DNA of 64,000 nt from Candidatus Methanoperedenaceae archaeon (lineage in GTDB: Archaea > Halobacteriota > Methanosarcinia > Methanosarcinales > Methanoperedenaceae), in assembly GCA_963753595.1 (NCBI GenBank), contig CAVWCX010000024.1, positions 32,001-96,000 of the forward strand. The letters run 5' to 3'. Below the pieces are notes generated by a model, which did not search any database, had not been told where the DNA came from, and saw only the letters and a list, made by a program, of their open reading frames with translations. The translations under genes and the position numbers were made by a program. This document shows positions 62,080 through 64,000 of this stretch, piece by piece (position 1 is the first letter of the stretch; every line of letters starts with the position of its first letter).

Positions 62080-63527
62080 GTTTTCTTCACTTCAAGCGCA
62101 GCCTTAAGCTCATTTTTAAGCGCGTTGCGCATCTCTGCAATTCCCGCAAGCAGCGTGCGATACTCAGCCAGCAGCTCTTCAGGGTCGCGATGTGCGTTGT
62201 TCACCACGCTTGGATTCTTGATATCCAGATTGTACCCACCGGCTTTTATCTCATCAATCGAAACCTTCCATGCTCGTTCATTCTTCTCGCGCTTGTGCCA
62301 CCATGCCTTCTCAGGCTCAAACTCTTCGATGCGGATGGGCTTTGTCTTGTTGTAGGATTTTACCCCGTTCGGATAGGGATGCTCGTAAAACCATATCTCC
62401 TTTGTCTTAGCGCCTTTTGTGAAAAAGAGCAGGTTTGTCTTGATGCCCGTATATGGGCTGAAAACACCATTGGGCAGGCGCACTATTGTATGAAGGTTGC
62501 ACTCCTCAAGCAGCTTTTCCTTTATGCGCGTCTTCACACCCTCGCCAAACAGCGTGCCGTCAGGAAGAACGATGGCGCCGCGTCCTGCGTCTTTCAGGAG
62601 ATGCGTAATAAGGATAAGGAATAGGTCTGCGGTCTCCCGTGTGCGGTATGTTGCGGGGAAATTGGATTCAATGCCGTCCTCCTCCATGCCTCCGAATGGT
62701 GGATTTGTTACTATGACGTCCACCTTATCCGCAGAGCCATAATCGCGAAGCGGTCTTGCAAGGGTATTATCATGCCGTATCTGGGAAGGCACCTCGATGC
62801 CATGGAGCAGCATATTGGTAACGCACAGAAGGTGAGGAAGCGGCTTCTTCTCTACACCAGAAATGGAGCGCTGGAGCTTTTCTTCATCCTCTACGCTTTT
62901 TACATATTTCGTGCGGATATTGTTGATAGCGCAGGCGATAAAACCGCCTGTGCCGCATGCGGGATCTAGGAATTTTTCGCCGAGTTTGGGATCGACTATA
63001 TCCACCATGAACTGGGTGACTGCGCGCGGGGTATAGTATTCACCCGCATTGCCCGCGCTCTGGAGATCTCGCAATATTTGCTCATATATGTCCCCGAACA
63101 GGTGTCGGTCTTCTGCTTTGTTAAAATCTATCTCATTGATCTTGTTGACGACCTGTCTGATGAGCGTGCCGTTTTTCATGTAGTTGTAGGAATCCGTGAA
63201 TACTTCTCGCAGAACAAAGCCTCGCCTGTCATTCTCTGAATTCAGGGATAGGTCTTTTAGCGTTTTAAAAAGGTCATTATTCACAAAATCCAGCAGTTCC
63301 TCGCCAGTGATTCCTTCAGGATTAGAAGCCCAATTGCGCCAACGTAACCGCTCAGGTATAGAAGTGTGATAGTCATCCTTCAGCAATTCATATTCCTTCT
63401 CCCTGTCATCGAATATCTTCAGGAATATCATCCATCCAAGCTGGCTGATGCGCTGGGCGTCGCCATCCACGCCAGCGTCTTTTCTCATTATATCTTGAAT
63501 AGTCTTGATTGTCGTACTGATAGCCAT
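62076..63527 (-). CDS. hsdM: Type I RM methyltransferase
   Basis: MRKDAGVDGDAQR, GEYYTPR, DPACGTGGF, NPPF; start MAIST or 63539. Confidence 0.96.
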   Translation of the reverse strand: MAISTTIKTIQDIMRKDAGVDGDAQRISQLGWMIFLKIFDDREKEYELLKDDYHTSIPERLRWRNWASNPEGITGEELLDFVNNDLFKTLKDLSLNSENDRRGFVLREVFTDSYNYMKNGTLIRQVVNKINEIDFNKAEDRHLFGDIYEQILRDLQSAGNAGEYYTPRAVTQFMVDIVDPKLGEKFLDPACGTGGFIACAINNIRTKYVKSVEDEEKLQRSISGVEKKPLPHLLCVTNMLLHGIEVPSQIRHDNTLARPLRDYGSADKVDVIVTNPPFGGMEEDGIESNFPATYRTRETADLFLILITHLLKDAGRGAIVLPDGTLFGEGVKTRIKEKLLEECNLHTIVRLPNGVFSPYTGIKTNLLFFTKGAKTKEIWFYEHPYPNGVKSYNKTKPIRIEEFEPEKAWWHKREKNERAWKVSIDEIKAGGYNLDIKNPSVVNNAHRDPEELLAEYRTLLAGIAEMRNALKNELKAALEVKKT

Positions 63528-63589
63528 TATTTTTCCCATCGTTTATTTTTCAATTTGAATAACCGTATGAAAACAGAATCCGAAGCAAT

Positions 63590-63946
63590 AAATCTGCGTT
63601 CATCTGCGTTTATCTGCGGTTTGTATTTGATCTAAACAATATTAACATCGAACTGATACGAACTGGAACGAACTCACAGAAGAGTTCGTTTTGAGTTCGT
63701 CGGAGTGAGTTGTTATCGTTTTTCCATCCTATGTTTTGAGAGTCAGTTTGAATCGAACACGGATGACACGGATGACACGGATTGCGCGGATTTCCACGGA
63801 TACGAAATCCGTGCGTATCCGCGTCATCCGCGCGATCCGTGTTCTATGTCATGATTTTTTCCAACCGTTGATTTTTAGACAGGATAACAGGATTCACAGG
63901 ATACATGATAAAATATTATCCTGTCGATCCTGTAAATCCGGTCTGA
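63590..63946. repeat. Stack of four different 9-nt-period repeat/palindrome types
   Basis: GCAGAT arm 63592-63621; CGAAC hairpin ~63647-63715; CGGAT hairpin 63752-63847; CAGGAT hairpin ~63877-63945. Confidence 0.8.
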
Positions 63947-63959
63947 TTTTCACAAATAC

Positions 63960-64000
63960 TCAAGCCTCTGCCATATATATTTGCGTTTCCAGTCCACGAA
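63960..64000 (-). CDS. Possible 3' end of hsdR
   Basis: Reads ...RGLETQIYMAEA*; lies upstream of hsdM; only ~13 codons visible. Confidence 0.35.
   Translation of the reverse strand, partial: RGLETQIYMAEA

Overview
Archaeal chromosome segment. TBP, L15e, Rpp21, a GPN GTPase and cofC are present; with the menaquinone-type ubiD/ubiA genes and c-type cytochromes this suggests Methanosarcinales, probably a Methanoperedens-like ANME-2d (inference). 1-20 kb: housekeeping genes (purD, tbp, rpl15e, tRNA-His, ubiD, ubiA, rnp4, cofC, pdxS). An AT-rich island interrupts them, carrying an HNH gene, a XerA-like recombinase, a dif-like 11-6-11 site, inverted arrays of a CGTWACG core with 27-bp period, and two tandem small-RNA-like units. 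20.5-38.5 kb: an 18-kb Wsp-like chemosensory cluster in which four sensor/receiver proteins have no catalytic output and instead end in the same ~55-aa 'ERT...FNKxFVGRELxMxELKK' tail. 39-42 kb: a fused cbb3-type oxidase gene (CcoN-CcoO-2x cytochrome c) with ccoS. 43-64 kb: an accessory/defence region with two ISH8/IS4-like copies, two MITEs, an ISAzo13-like element splitting an AbiE pair, a RelE TA pair, and type I RM hsdM/hsdS with a HEAT-repeat/nitrilase fusion between duplicated hsdS tails. Palindromes with 9-nt-period arms are scattered through the window. All calls rest on motif recognition by eye; no searches were run.
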